A DNA stretch of 64,000 nt, taken from Macrostomum lignano. Lineage: Eukaryota. The translations under genes were made by a program, and so were the position numbers. The stretch lies in contig NIVC01000521.1 of assembly GCA_002269645.1 (NCBI GenBank), positions 372,001 through 436,000 on the forward strand. The letters are read 5' to 3'. Shown here piece after piece: positions 1 to 11,836 of the stretch. Positions within the stretch are counted from its first letter, which is position 1. Each line of letters starts with the position of its first letter. The notes beneath the pieces are model-generated. The model ran no database searches. It saw only the letters and a list, made by a program, of their open reading frames with translations, and was not told where the DNA came from.

Positions 1-4
1 GCAT

Positions 5-3000
5 GTGTTCTTCCACCGAGAGTGCACAAACGGAAAGGCATTGCGGATCTGTTCAAGTGGACTTGTCGAAGCGGCTGTTTGGTTTAAAAAACCTGTGGGT
101 GACAAGCACCACAATGCAACACCATACTTGGTGTTAAACTTGCGAGGAGATGCCAAGAAACACGATGCGCAGACAGAAAAAATGGCAAAGCTGTCACAGT
201 GCTGTGTCTTGTTTGGCGGTTTAGACGAATTTTCTAAACCCGAAACCGTCCAATTTGTGGAGACACTTCACCACAAAGCAAAAAAAGTTCTGCTTTTTGT
301 CCTCGAGCCATTAAAAGAAGTGGAAAACAGAGACGCTTTTCAAAGGTACGAAGAACTACAATTGAAGACAGAGTTTTTATTCGATCCCTCTGTTGCAGAA
401 ATCTGCTCAACTGTTCATTCCGCTCTGGACGAAATTCTTTCACCTGCAGGCGATTTTCAGCAAATGCCAAGAGTTCAGGAAGCCGTAAAGCTTAAAGATT
501 TTCCTGACTTTGTGATGAATTCCGCAAGAGAAGTATTTAGCCACGTGATGAGTGGAAAATTTGGCCGTAAAAATATCCTTGCACTTCAATCTTCAGCTGA
601 ATCGCATGTGCATACAGACGAAAAGAAAGTTTTTCGTTACTTCAAATTAATGGCAAAGCTGATTACCAGTGGAAAAGATCCTGAGTCAGTTTTAGCAGCT
701 CAACAGACGCTGTACCAATCTCAAGTAACCGCCTATGAAACCAATGGTACTTTCTTAGCCAATTTTGTGACGCAACTGCACAAGCTCCGCAGAACAAAAG
801 CAGTGTTTGTCAAAATAAGTTTGTTTTCACTAAAATTTGCGCTGGATGAGCACTCATTCAAGCAAAACGAAAAGCTTTTACAAGCGGAGGACAATCTAAA
901 GAGGTGCCCTGATAGCGATTTTAATAAGAAAATATCCCTGGAAGAACGTGTAGAGAAAGCAAAGAAGGCTTATTTGGAAGCATCGATTGACTTGAATTGC
1001 CTACTTAGAGAAGTTGGCCTATTATTTGAATCCCATGCTCAGATCAATGAGACAAATATGCCGCATCAGATTCAACGCCTGCCAGGCATATTCGCGTCCC
1101 TATTGCTGTCAGGAATGCCAATTGAACTGTTGGATGGAACTCTCGGAAACATTCCCATGAAATGGATTTCAGCTGTCTTGCTCGAGTGCAAGCGGCAAGC
1201 TGGTGACAAAAAGATATTTGTCGTGTCAGTTCTCGGAATTCAAAGCTCAGGAAAGTCCACTCTGCTTAACACAATGTTTGGCATGAGACTCCCAGTGAGT
1301 GCAGGTCGCTGCACCCGAGGAGCTTTTCTGCAGCTTGTGCATGCAGACCAGAGCTCACAGCTCCCGTTTGACTACCTTGCTGTCATTGACACTGAAGGCA
1401 TTATGTCTGTTGAAGACAGTTCAGATAACTACTTCCGAGATAACGAATTCGCCACACTAGTGCTTGGATTGGCAGACGTCACTCTGATTACAATGAACGG
1501 AGAGGACTCCCCTGAGATGCGAAATGTTTTACCGATTGTGATCAAAGCATTTATTCAGATGATGCAAGTCAACAAAGAGTTAGGGCTAAAAAGACATTGC
1601 ATCTTCACGCATCAGCATGTGAGTGAACCAACAGCAGGTCATAGAATGCAGAGTGGTATTGCTGCAAGGCAGGATAAACTAGAAAAATTTACTAAGGCTG
1701 AATCAATCAAGGCAGGTCTCGGAGAAAAAAGCTTTTCTGATATTATTTCGTTTTCACCTGAGTCCGACGTATTCCTGTTGCCTGGTCTATGGCTTGGCAA
1801 CCCACCTGCTGATCCTGTGAACACAGTATATTCAGAAAAAGTTCAGGCTTTAAAGCAACATCTTATTCAGTTATCGAGAGATCCTCATGTACCGCTTCAC
1901 TCTTTTGAAGACTTTGCCTGTCGAATTGAAGACATTTGGAACGCCGTTCTAACCCAAAACTTTGTATTTAGCTATCGAAATAGCATTGAAATGAAAGCTT
2001 TCGATGAACTTGAAGAAAAATTTAAGAAGATAGCCCTCGAGTTTGAAGAGGAAGTCTACGAATTTTCAAGAAAGCGATTCACATCACGAGAGTCGAATAT
2101 TCATTCTCGAGAAGATTTAGATCGTAGCGAAAAGGAAATTCGTGATGAAATGCCCAAAGCGATAGGGTCAGCTTTTAAGGAGGCTGAGAAAAAGCTCAAC
2201 AAATACTTTCAAGAAAGTGAGCGCAAGGAGTACATCAGTCAACACCACTGTGGTCGAATGAGTGCTCTTGTAACTAAAAAAGATACATTGGAGCAAGAAC
2301 TCCAGAATCGCTTGAGGGAGTTTGTGAAGGTACAAAATGTAAGAATAAATCAGAATGCGAAGATCGAGACGGTAAAGAAGAAATTAAAGGGACTTGCAGA
2401 TGAGCTAAATATGACAAATCAAAGCCAGCCAATTTCTGACGAAAAGATTCAGGATCACTTCGAGAAGCTTTGGAACACTGAGGTATCGGCCATTTGTGAG
2501 GATTCAGCAGTCCTTTCAGAGCCCATTGAAGAAATTGTGAGGAATTGTGCAATGGAAGCTTTGCAGTCCAATCAAGATTGCTCTTGGACTGCCAAAATCA
2601 CACTGAAACCTTCTGAGCCTGAGAAACTAACAAATCTATCTGAAGTCATGCCCCATAGTAGCGCTGATGAGCTCTATCAGGTCAGAGGTCTAGTTAGGGG
2701 TCTTATTGACAAAGGACATAGCAAGTACCAAAATGCCGTTTTGGATGCTGTTAAATGCATATTGTCTTCGATTGGTCCAATTCTCAGAGAGCTTTCTGAG
2801 AAGAACAGATCTTTCTGGAAATCGGATGCGGAAAAAGTGGTTAAGAAAGTTTGCTGCGAGTTTGAAAAAACTTCTGGCCGATTGTCAGTGCAAATCGGTC
2901 TCATGAATAAATTAAAAGAAGCTCTGGTAGTGTACGCATGTCGTTTGGCATACCCCACGTTCAAACAAATGGAAACCCGGTTTTCAGAGCGATTCAGTCT

Positions 3001-4276
3001 AAAGTCAAAGCTTGAAGAAGAGAAAGAACAATTGCTAAAAATCTTCAAAGGCCATGTGTCAAAGTTGCGACATTCAATCATGGCTGCTGATGATGTTCTT
3101 GACGCGCTGAAGAAAGTTCTAACGCGATCATTTGAAGAAACTATCGACAAAATTCCAGGTAAATGTCTCGAGCACTTACAGAAATCCATTGGTAACAAAG
3201 CAGCATTGATAAAGAAGTTGCTTGTGCATGGGATAGAGAGCGATCAGCAAATCCTTTGTTCTTACATTCGCTCTCCGAAACAAGCAGCAGATGATTTTTT
3301 AAAAATGCAAGTACAAGAGGTGCTTTTTGACAAAAACGGACACGATTCGCTTTATATATTGATTATTGATGCTGAATTTTTTGAGCCGTCAAGAAACGCG
3401 ATTCAAAATGCTTTTACTGCTGCAAATGAAGCCAAGAATGACAATAAATCAGTGACAGGTTGGCTGAAAGAGTTCTGCGACATTTGCAATGAGTTTGAAT
3501 TCCCCTTGTCAATTGAGCAGCTTGATGCAAGCCTACTGCAAGGCTCTGAAGTGGATTTGACAGAATTTTTAGAATCATTTACTGACAAAAAAGTTTTTGA
3601 GCTGATTGAGTCATTTTTTCAAGAGAAAACTGCTAAAGACAGACAAGACTATAATATCCCAGGTATGAAGAAGGCTTATCAAGACGCGATAAGCTACTTC
3701 TGGGGCTGTGATCACTGCTGCCCGCTCTGCAATGAGCCCTGCATTCGGATGGAAGCTGACCATGTTACCGAAGACAAAGCTTCATCCAAGCACCGCTGTA
3801 TTGGGCACAGACCAATGGGCCTGACTGGAGAAAAGCTGGAGTCTCGACATGAGTTCGCACCGTACGCTTGTGGCTACTTTTCCACAGGAATTAGCCAGAG
3901 CCTTATCGCAAAATTGTTTCCAGGTCTCAGGAACAAAAATTTTAAGTGTCATAAATGTTCCGCCGAGGTTGATTTATCTACTACAGAAGAAGGTGATCAG
4001 GAGGCTGCAGTAGCTGGTACTGGGAGAAAGGAAAGAAAATTGCACCATTGCTGTGAATACAAAAAATGCTTTCCGGACTGGGACATCGAGCCAACTTTCT
4101 GGGCACCAGTGCCAGACTACTGGAAATGGATCGCCTGGAAATATCGAGACTCTCTGATGGAAACCTCAAAGGAGTACGCCCAAATACCGGATGCGTGGAA
4201 GGATATCACTTCGGAGAAAGCGCTGGAGAGTCTCAATAAAAGTTTTGAGAATAATAGGTTCGCTTCTACTGGTTGA
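5..4276 (+). CDS. GVIN1: Very large inducible GTPase (VLIG/GVIN1/URGCP family), 5'-partial, intronless over 4.27 kb
   Basis: G1 VLGIQSSGKSTLLNTMFG, G2 GRCTRGAF, G3 VIDTEG and the following DNEFATLVLGLADVTLI are VLIG-type. Long helical stalk; C-terminal WGC..CPLCNEPC..H..HRPMGL..Y...FPDWDI..YWKW. The frame is open to the window edge, so the true start is upstream. Confidence 0.88.
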   Translation: MFFHRECTNGKALRICSSGLVEAAVWFKKPVGDKHHNATPYLVLNLRGDAKKHDAQTEKMAKLSQCCVLFGGLDEFSKPETVQFVETLHHKAKKVLLFVLEPLKEVENRDAFQRYEELQLKTEFLFDPSVAEICSTVHSALDEILSPAGDFQQMPRVQEAVKLKDFPDFVMNSAREVFSHVMSGKFGRKNILALQSSAESHVHTDEKKVFRYFKLMAKLITSGKDPESVLAAQQTLYQSQVTAYETNGTFLANFVTQLHKLRRTKAVFVKISLFSLKFALDEHSFKQNEKLLQAEDNLKRCPDSDFNKKISLEERVEKAKKAYLEASIDLNCLLREVGLLFESHAQINETNMPHQIQRLPGIFASLLLSGMPIELLDGTLGNIPMKWISAVLLECKRQAGDKKIFVVSVLGIQSSGKSTLLNTMFGMRLPVSAGRCTRGAFLQLVHADQSSQLPFDYLAVIDTEGIMSVEDSSDNYFRDNEFATLVLGLADVTLITMNGEDSPEMRNVLPIVIKAFIQMMQVNKELGLKRHCIFTHQHVSEPTAGHRMQSGIAARQDKLEKFTKAESIKAGLGEKSFSDIISFSPESDVFLLPGLWLGNPPADPVNTVYSEKVQALKQHLIQLSRDPHVPLHSFEDFACRIEDIWNAVLTQNFVFSYRNSIEMKAFDELEEKFKKIALEFEEEVYEFSRKRFTSRESNIHSREDLDRSEKEIRDEMPKAIGSAFKEAEKKLNKYFQESERKEYISQHHCGRMSALVTKKDTLEQELQNRLREFVKVQNVRINQNAKIETVKKKLKGLADELNMTNQSQPISDEKIQDHFEKLWNTEVSAICEDSAVLSEPIEEIVRNCAMEALQSNQDCSWTAKITLKPSEPEKLTNLSEVMPHSSADELYQVRGLVRGLIDKGHSKYQNAVLDAVKCILSSIGPILRELSEKNRSFWKSDAEKVVKKVCCEFEKTSGRLSVQIGLMNKLKEALVVYACRLAYPTFKQMETRFSERFSLKSKLEEEKEQLLKIFKGHVSKLRHSIMAADDVLDALKKVLTRSFEETIDKIPGKCLEHLQKSIGNKAALIKKLLVHGIESDQQILCSYIRSPKQAADDFLKMQVQEVLFDKNGHDSLYILIIDAEFFEPSRNAIQNAFTAANEAKNDNKSVTGWLKEFCDICNEFEFPLSIEQLDASLLQGSEVDLTEFLESFTDKKVFELIESFFQEKTAKDRQDYNIPGMKKAYQDAISYFWGCDHCCPLCNEPCIRMEADHVTEDKASSKHRCIGHRPMGLTGEKLESRHEFAPYACGYFSTGISQSLIAKLFPGLRNKNFKCHKCSAEVDLSTTEEGDQEAAVAGTGRKERKLHHCCEYKKCFPDWDIEPTFWAPVPDYWKWIAWKYRDSLMETSKEYAQIPDAWKDITSEKALESLNKSFENNRFASTG

Positions 4277-5569
4277 GAATATTGCCTATTGTTTATTCAA
4301 CTGTTTACGACTATTCACATTGTACTGCTTATCTAGCGTGTGCTTCATCTTATTTTAAAAAAACTAAACATTTAGTTTTGTCTTTTTTAGATATTGATCT
4401 TGAATTCTCTAGATGTTCCTCCGACACTAAAGGGGCTAAAAAAATCCCGAGCATATATTACTAGTACTTTTAGGGCACAAAATCTGATATGAACATTTTC
4501 AGTAGTTTTGAGACCATTTTTTTCACAATAGAGCTAGCAACTGTATAGAATGTACTTTAGTTTTTGACATGACATGTTATCTTTTTTATCTTTTTTGTTG
4601 CTTTTTTAAGCCATTTTTTATCTAGTGACAAATATTGATTGTCGTTCGAATACAAAGTTATTCCCATGTTGTTGAGTGCTACATTTTTTTCACCAGCGCT
4701 GAAGACCGTGAACCCCTATTCAACAGTGGGCATAAGAGTGAGAACGTGAGAACGAACGTAGTAAAATCCTTTTTTGGCCTTTGCCCGCCTCCAGTTCCGC
4801 CCCGCCCCTGCAAGAACTTAAATTTCTTAAATTACCCTCTACACAGGAGGGTAGAGACACAACGTACAACCCCCCACGCAAACCCCGCGCAGGCACAAAG
4901 GCCCAAAACCAGCCCCCGGGGGGTACTAAAGCTGGTCTGCTCAAAGGCACGCCTCAGAGCAAACCAAGGTAATCTTCCAAACAGCTCATTTTTAGACAAC
5001 TGTAGACTGACTAATAGTTTTTAGGTTCCGCGTCATCTTTTAGTAAAGCCTTAAACTTGCATCCAAAACTTTTTGTTATGTTGTTTTGTATTGTTATAGT
5101 TGTTATTTATCCTGCTGGATTTTAAATGGCACCATTAGTTAAGTGACGTCTTTCCTAACCAAAAATAAGCTGCACTGATGCACCTGTAACAGTTTTTGCG
5201 GCCTTATATGTTTTCTTTTGAATTTTAAAATTTTTAGCAACTTTTCTTCGTTGCTAACAACTTTTACGGTAAATACCATCCTCTGATAAAAAAATAATTA
5301 TCTAATGTCTGTATGGTTTTGTCTGTGTGCGGCTGGTCCGTGGAAGGGCTTTTGCTGGGTGGGACATGATTTTAAAGTTTTTCTTTTTTAAGATCCTATA
5401 GACTCGTAGTTTTATTAAACTCTTTTTGTTTTTTGTGAAATATATTTATTGAGGTAAGCTGGCGCTTTTCATTTTTTCGCTCCAATTATGTTGCTGCCAA
5501 TTGAATTCATTTCAAAAGTTCAGAGAGAGAAAGAGATAGAAATGGAGTGAGAGATGGAGAGAAAGAGCT

Positions 5570-6010
5570 GCCAGTGGTTCACCTAGCTCGGCGGTCTGGC
5601 GCCTTACGTAGAGCTGAGGACCGGTGGCGGCCTACCGATCCATCTGGGCCGTTCAGTCTGAAGCGCTGCCTGACCGCTAAGGGCTCGGCTGTGGCAGGCG
5701 TTGGTCGAGACCGTCCTGCTGTACATCACCGAGACGTAGACGCTGACGGCCACGCGCTGGAGCAGCAGCTGGACTCGGCGCACTCGGGGTTGCTCCGCTT
5801 AGCTGCAACGTCCGTCCACCGCATCTTGCTCCGGCGGCAACTTCAAATGGCGGGCCATGCGATCCGGGCCGAGAGCTACTGCCCCCAGCATTTACATGCA
5901 GGACGTCCTGCTGCACACCTTGCAGGACAGGCCCATTTAGGCGGGACGTGGAAGACCTGTTGCGCCCGACACTTCGGGACGGACTTCGTTCCAGCTAATG
6001 CACACTGACC
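5570..6010 (+). mobile_element. Degenerate 3' fragment of a non-LTR retrotransposon (RTE-like LINE)
   Basis: Broken frames read CQWFT*LGGL and RLWQALVETVLLYITET*TLT (RTE-type LLYxxETWTL), then LEQQLDSAHSGLLR. Similar to the minus-strand element at 16.0-16.3 kb; stops and frameshifts present. Confidence 0.7.
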
Positions 6011-6859
6011 GCTTGATCTTACAGGGTTTTTTCTTTTGTTATTTTTGATGATTACGACTGCAGGTCTAGTTAAGACGGTACATGTATTAAACTACGAGTC
6101 GTATGGTTTAGGTAGGAGTTTCTTAATTTGAAATGGAAATGGTTACCTATTGGAGTCATGCACAAGAGCTACTTGTCATTTTCTTTTCTCGTGGTGAACT
6201 GCAAAACTGTGTGCAGGAAAAAATCTCGTACTCCATTCACAGGTAGCTAGCTATATATATCTACGAGCGTAAATGCATAAAGAAATTGAAGATTTCGAAT
6301 TAAAAATTTGTATCACTTTCGCACACAGACTCGTGTGTTAACTCTTCCGTTCCCACGCCCTGTGGGGTTGACTGACTTATTTTATTACTTATTACTGATT
6401 TATTTTATTACTATCTTATTTAATTTGCCTTAGCTTTTCCTCTGCCCATACGAGTACATTTAATTTACTTTAGCCTCACCCAGCTCTCTTTGAGACATTT
6501 GAATTTCAAAGCCCTATAGGCGCCATTACTACCCAAGGGGTGCCAACTAACCATGGAGCATCTTTCTAGGTTTTGATGTAACCGCCCTTGTTGCCTGTCC
6601 GCTCCGTTGGGAGACGAACGCATGACTAGAGGGGGAAATGACCGTAGGCTGCCTATGACCGGGCAATGACCTGACGGACCTCCAGCACTAGACTGTCCCG
6701 CCCACATGATTGATAGCTTTGGTAGCGCTTTCGTGACCAGAGGGCCAAGGACCCACATGGACCCCACCTGTAGCCAAGGTGCAATAGTTGGTCATTCGGT
6801 CATGACCGAGCGGCTACCACCACTCTATGTGACCTGGCGCACCTGGATCTTACTACCAG

Positions 6860-7200
6860 CCCGTACAACAATCCGACGTCGCACCGACCTCTGAACCGAC
6901 GTCGTACGACGTCTATGTAACATTACGTGTTTCCTATTGGTCGGACGTCGGGCCGACGTCGAAGTCGTAGTCCAAAAATTTATTTCGCGCTGCTTTAACA
7001 TTTATTTGACATTTGGGATGAACTGGCAAGCAATACTGTTATGCTTAATTTAATTATTTAAGGCGAATAACGTGAATTAAGGCGAATTTAATTTTTCGAC
7101 TACGACTTCGACGTCAGCCCGACGTCCGACCAATAGGAAACACGTAATGTTACATAGACGTCGTACGACGTCGGTCAGATACGTCGGATTGTTGTACGGG
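6860..7200. mobile_element. MITE with ~110-120 bp terminal inverted repeats and a 3-bp CAG target duplication
   Basis: 6860-6980 (cccgtacaacaatccgacg...gtagtccaaaaatt) is the reverse complement of 7089-7200 with few differences. CAG at 6857-6859 and 7201-7203. AT-rich non-coding core. Confidence 0.85.
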
Positions 7201-7869
7201 CAGACCTCTCGAGGCTAGAGCCCCGCCTGGGATGGTTACCAGGAGATTTAGGCTAACAGGGGAGACACATGCAGCCGAGTACAGGGACTCTGCTTGGGGC
7301 ATGATCGGGAACTCTGGGCTCAATCCTGGAGGATTTCTCAGCAGGGGATCCTTTGTGGCTGTGAGCGAGGCTGACTTGCGGATTTAATTACTAAGAGTAG
7401 TGTGAGGCGAACATGTGCTGTCTATAGTTTAGATTGCTCAGGGCGAAGGGACGCGTCAGCATGGGGTTGCAACCTTCCTACTGCTATTCTGTGCCAAGAC
7501 TCGCTAATCCCCCCTACTGCACGCACTCACGGACCCGCAGCACGCACACACAGGCGGGCTTTGCACGGGGAGAGGCCATTAGCTTACCCAAACTTCCTTA
7601 TGCCTTGCCACCCCGGGAGAAAGGCAATTAGCAAGCCATGAGTGAAATGATGGTGAAAGAGTGATTAATGATGAGGTTAGTTAATAGTTAATAATTAGGC
7701 CCTTAGGCAAAATAATCAGGCAATTAGGCGGCTTCAGTATTGAATAAATACAGCAAAAGATACGGTATCACAATTGGCTCAGCTCTCTAATCAAGCAATG
7801 GAAAATAGGCAAACCCCGGATAAGCAAGGCAATTAAAGCACAAATTAGTAACAGGAACTTACCGGCAGC

Positions 7870-7909
<40 letters not shown>

Positions 7910-8143
7910 CGGAGTGACCGTGGGCGGCTGTTGGCTGCAGACAGGCAGGCTGTGAAGCGGCGATACGCTGAAGCGGCGAGGCGCTGATGTAGTTCAGGCG
8001 ATGCTGAAGATGCTGGGCGGTAACAGACCGCTGGCCGGCAGAGGTTCGTCCTATAGACGAATGGGTCAGGTCAAGGTCTGACAGCACGTCCAATGAAAGG
8101 CGAGAACCCTGAAGGTTGAGGATTCGCATGCCGAAAACCGCTT

Positions 8144-8236
8144 CCTTATATAGCCTTTCCAGCCGCCGCTCCAAGGTCGTTTCCATGACTCCCTCTCTCT
8201 GATTGGCTGCCGGCAGAATGACGTCAGAATGAGTCA
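8144..8236 (-). promoter_or_regulatory. Candidate Pol II core promoter (AP-1, CRE, CCAAT, TATA)
   Basis: TGAGTCA 8230-8236, TGACGTCA 8219-8226, CCAAT (minus) 8202-8206 and CTATATAAGG (minus) 8144-8153, in the normal order. A G|GTAAGT donor follows at 7863/7862. Confidence 0.5.
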
Positions 8237-9872
8237 TGATGAGAAGCATGAGAACGGCATAGCAACATGAGAAATGGAACAATTGCGCAATCCGGAGGCG
8301 GGGTGGGGGGATAATTGGCGCAGCGGGAGGTCGCAAAAGTGTTGCAAACATTGAGAACAATGGGGGTGGGGTCGAGAACAAAGGAAATGGAAATCAGGGA
8401 TAATTGGGGAGAATCGAGAACAATAGAAAAGAAAACATTGGAGAATAGGTGCTAATTGGGTGCGAAAACGAGAACAAAAGAAAGAGAAAATCGGAGAAAA
8501 AGAGATAATTGGGTGCGAAAAGGAGAACAAAAGAATCAAAAACGAGAACAATAGAAGCGGAGGTGGGGTGGGTGTCGCATGAGAAATTTGGGGAGGAGAA
8601 CAATGGTATGAGAAAAGGTTGCGCAAGAGAGGGTGATGAGTCATCGATGAGTCATCGAGGGGAAAGAGGGGTCACAAGACTTGCGTCACCGTTTGGGAGT
8701 TTAGGTAAGGGATGGGGTGACGGTGAGCGCACAAAGTACTGTAAGTAGGCACCAGAAGAGGGGGGACAGCGCAGAAAAACAGTGCAAAAAGAGACAAAAA
8801 GACGGGAATTGGGAAAAGTACAGAATGAATAGGGTAGAGCGCATAGGAGATAGAGTAGTGGGGGAGGTACAGAGAGAGACAGGGGCTCCGGATAGGCATG
8901 CGTGGCGGTGTGGGAGACGGAGCCGAGGCAGCAGGGGGTGCAGCAGAGCGGGAGTCTGCAGGCCTGGTCAAAGACCTGGCCCAGTCTCGACAGCTCTGCT
9001 CAGGAGGGTGCACGGTGATTGGAGGTACTTTCGAAAAATTTCCCTTGCCATATCCCGCGACCAGACCGTGGTTACATCAGTTTGCTATATTGTATTGGTC
9101 AATTCAGTAAATTATATGTAAGTAGAATAGAAAGTCAACAAGGGAGCACATTTTCTTATTAAAAAACAGCAGGGACAAGATCAAGGTAATTCAATACTCT
9201 TATTATATAAACTGAGGCAAAGTTATTTACTTCCGCAAAAGAAAAGGGGTAGCAGCAAAATAGTTACTCAAGAACACTTAAGTTGTCCTTGTTAAAACAG
9301 TGATAGATATCAAGAGGTTTCAATTTTGTGATTAACCAGCTGAGTGCGGTAAACACAACTCTACATCAGTAAAAGTATTAGACGGAAATCCGTTAGCTAA
9401 TTTCCAAGATCCGTCACATCAAGTTTGTTGACAAAATTCTAAATTTGTGATTTCTAATGAACATTAATACGTGAATAAACAGAAATTTCAGTTAGCAAAG
9501 TTAAAAAGACTAATGTCATCGAAAAAATACACAGACATGCGATCGGGTACAGAGTATTGCAAAACAACTGACACTGCGGATAGGTTTAAGTGTTAGGACA
9601 GCATGGGAGCAGAGCGGTTCGGTGGTTAACAGTCATATGGCACTAACGCCACACCACATTATAACACGACGAAGTGTGCATTTAACAACATAGTCTATGG
9701 CCAAACCGTGGTAATCATTATGTATTTCAACAGATAAATCAGCTGATACTCTTCCGGTCAATATAATAGCTGTTGTGAAGCAATCACGTGACGAAATTTG
9801 TACATGGGATAAATTTACATTGGGGAGCAATGGGGATCGAGCACGGACTTCGCTAGCCCGCAAGTTGCCGAG

Positions 9873-10254
9873 AAAGTTACCAGCCGGAAGGCAACGACTA
9901 CTTAAGTATAGAAGGACGGGAAATCTCGTTTCTTGGAAAAAATTAGGAGGCAAGTTTCTTGGAAAAAATACACTACGGAGATAGGAGGTTCTCAGTTTTT
10001 GAGCCGAAAAATTATTATTATAGAGCTATGCTTATAGAGCTATAAGAAAGGCAAACATATCAAAAGATGAACACTTCTGGGTTGGCCTCCTATCAAAAGC
10101 AATAACAATTTTTCTTCTGAAAAAATGAAAACCTTCTATCTCCGTAGTGTATTTTCTCGAAGAAACCTAGCTGCCTCCTAAAATTTTCCAAGAACGAGAT
10201 TTACGAGATTTCCTGTCCTTCTACTTGAGTGGTCGCCTTCTGGCTGGCAAAGTT
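9873..10254. mobile_element. Degenerate foldback/MITE (imperfect ~130-bp inverted repeats)
   Basis: 9873-10000 pairs with 10121-10254 (e.g. aaaatacactacggagatag / ctatctccgtagtgtatttt), with indels. No clear TSD. Confidence 0.65.
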
Positions 10255-10478
10255 CGTAGACCCAATGGATGCGTGCCTGTGCAAAGTGACCTAGTGATCA
10301 GTCGAGGTGAGATTGTGTGGGCCCCACATAGCAGTGGTTTAAGGGCTGCGTTCTGCCCCTCGGGCGCCAATTTCGAAATGGCTTAATTTCTTTTTTCTTT
10401 TTTTTTATTATTTATTATTTATTCTTTTTATCTTTGCTGAGTCAATGCTAACTCGGGCATTGTAGCTAGCTCTGATGG

Positions 10479-10791
10479 ATGTCAGATTCGGTGATCGGTG
10501 ATCGGTGATGGACCGAAACGGCGATACGTGAGAACCTACAGAGCTTTGGACTTTCAGCGCAAGGGAACAAGCCAGAACTTCAGCAGCGTCTGCGAGAGTA
10601 TTCGGAAAGCATCGCTTCTGGCATCGGACCCGACAAGGAGGGAGATTATCAACAAGAACAGGTCCCTGTGGCGACAATATGTAGCAGGGCCAACGAAACA
10701 GCTACGAGCAAGGACGACACGGCCGGCGGTGCTGAGTCCGGTGCGGTTGGCAGCCCGCTGTTGACGGAGCTCATGGCTTCAAAGAACCTTG
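10479..10791 (+). CDS. Cryptic exon encoding a SAP-domain-like motif (one in-frame TGA near the start)
   Basis: Frame from 10509 reads WTETAIRENLQSFGLSAQGNKPELQQRLREY..., 94 codons without a stop, ending CTT G|GTAAGT (phase 1). In-frame ATG at 10479 with TGA at 10506-10508; internal ATG at 10773. Confidence 0.5.
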
Positions 10792-11329
10792 GTAAGTTGC
10801 TCATTAACCTGTGGTCAGATGATTAGGTTGCTGTGCTGTAGGAGCCGGTAAGGTGTACTGAATCCTCCAATTCACCAATAAGTAGCAAGATGCAGGCGTA
10901 CCCAGTCAGTTTTCAGATCACGCAGAGTTGTATTTAAAGTGAAAGAGGCTGCTGTTGACCTGCTCACATTCGGAGACTGGATCTCTCTGCGAATGCTAGG
11001 ATTATGCTGAACTGAAGTTGCTGAATGACGGCATTCCAGTTACATGAGCTCGTGTCATGAGGGGTTCGATAATTTGCATTCGCATTTGGTGATTCGTTTT
11101 GCATATCGCTGTTGACGCGATGGCACACAGAGATAAAGGTGCAGAGGCTAGCCGCAGCATATACACCCTTACTACCAACACAGTGGCAAGGATAAAATAG
11201 TGAAATAGTGAATAAAATAAAATTTATACTTTTATATAAATTTAATTTAGCCCCATTCTATACACCAATTCACAATCTCCTTTAGTTCATTGCGCTATTT
11301 TAATTTAATTTGGCAAAAATTTTCGGTTC

Positions 11330-11836
11330 ATGCAAATAATTTTGGTTCAATCCGCAGATAGTGTCAGTGCTGAAGCCGACGTTTCAAATGTTGAAGCAGA
11401 ATCAAAGAGAAAAGCCGAACTAGAAGCCGTGTGTCTGATGGCAGCCGAAGGGTCTCTCAGAGAGCTGAAGTTAGAAGTTGACGGCGGAGCGACGATCGAC
11501 CGCTTCATGAAAGAGTCGATCGATGGAAGAACGGCGCTGCACTGCTGCGCAGCAGCATCGGTGACAGAAGTTCTGGTGAGCACTCAGCTACACACCAGAA
11601 TTGCGGAAATTCTGCTCCAAAACGGTGCTGACGCTTTCGCCCAAGACAAAGATGGCCGATCGGCCCTACACCTGGCAGTGATGTCGTCCAATCCGAGCCT
11701 GGTAAAACTGCTACTGACAGCACGTCCTGGCAATCCGAACATTCAGGACATTCGTAGATCTTGGACTCCATTGATGTATGCTGCCAAATGCAGATCATTG
11801 ACAATAACAAAACTTCTTCTGAAGAACGATGCATAA
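11330..11836 (+). CDS. Ankyrin-repeat protein, copy A (3 repeats, 3'-truncated duplicate of 15018-15698)
   Basis: GRTALHCCAA, GRSALHLAV and SWTPLMYAA repeats. Near-identical to copy B until ...AACGATGC at 11833, then TAA. Confidence 0.75.
   Translation: MQIILVQSADSVSAEADVSNVEAESKRKAELEAVCLMAAEGSLRELKLEVDGGATIDRFMKESIDGRTALHCCAAASVTEVLVSTQLHTRIAEILLQNGADAFAQDKDGRSALHLAVMSSNPSLVKLLLTARPGNPNIQDIRRSWTPLMYAAKCRSLTITKLLLKNDA

Noticed and set aside
7863-7868. 6-nt microexon (ctctgcag|CTGCCG|gtaagt, minus strand)
   Set aside because: The (CT)n tract is equally explained as part of a first exon below the promoter at 8144-8236, and there are no coding neighbours. It cannot be decided without reads.
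7845-9121. Several 70-180-aa ORFs on both strands
   Set aside because: Low-complexity, compositionally biased translations with no motifs.
10315-10370. tRNA-like start (ggccccacatagcagtggtttaaggg)
   Set aside because: Only an A-box-like fragment is present, with no B-box/T-loop (GTTCRA) or cloverleaf.
10506-10508. In-frame TGA as selenocysteine or programmed read-through
   Set aside because: No SECIS was recognised, and the codon lies in a CGGTGAT x3 slippage repeat, which is the simpler explanation.
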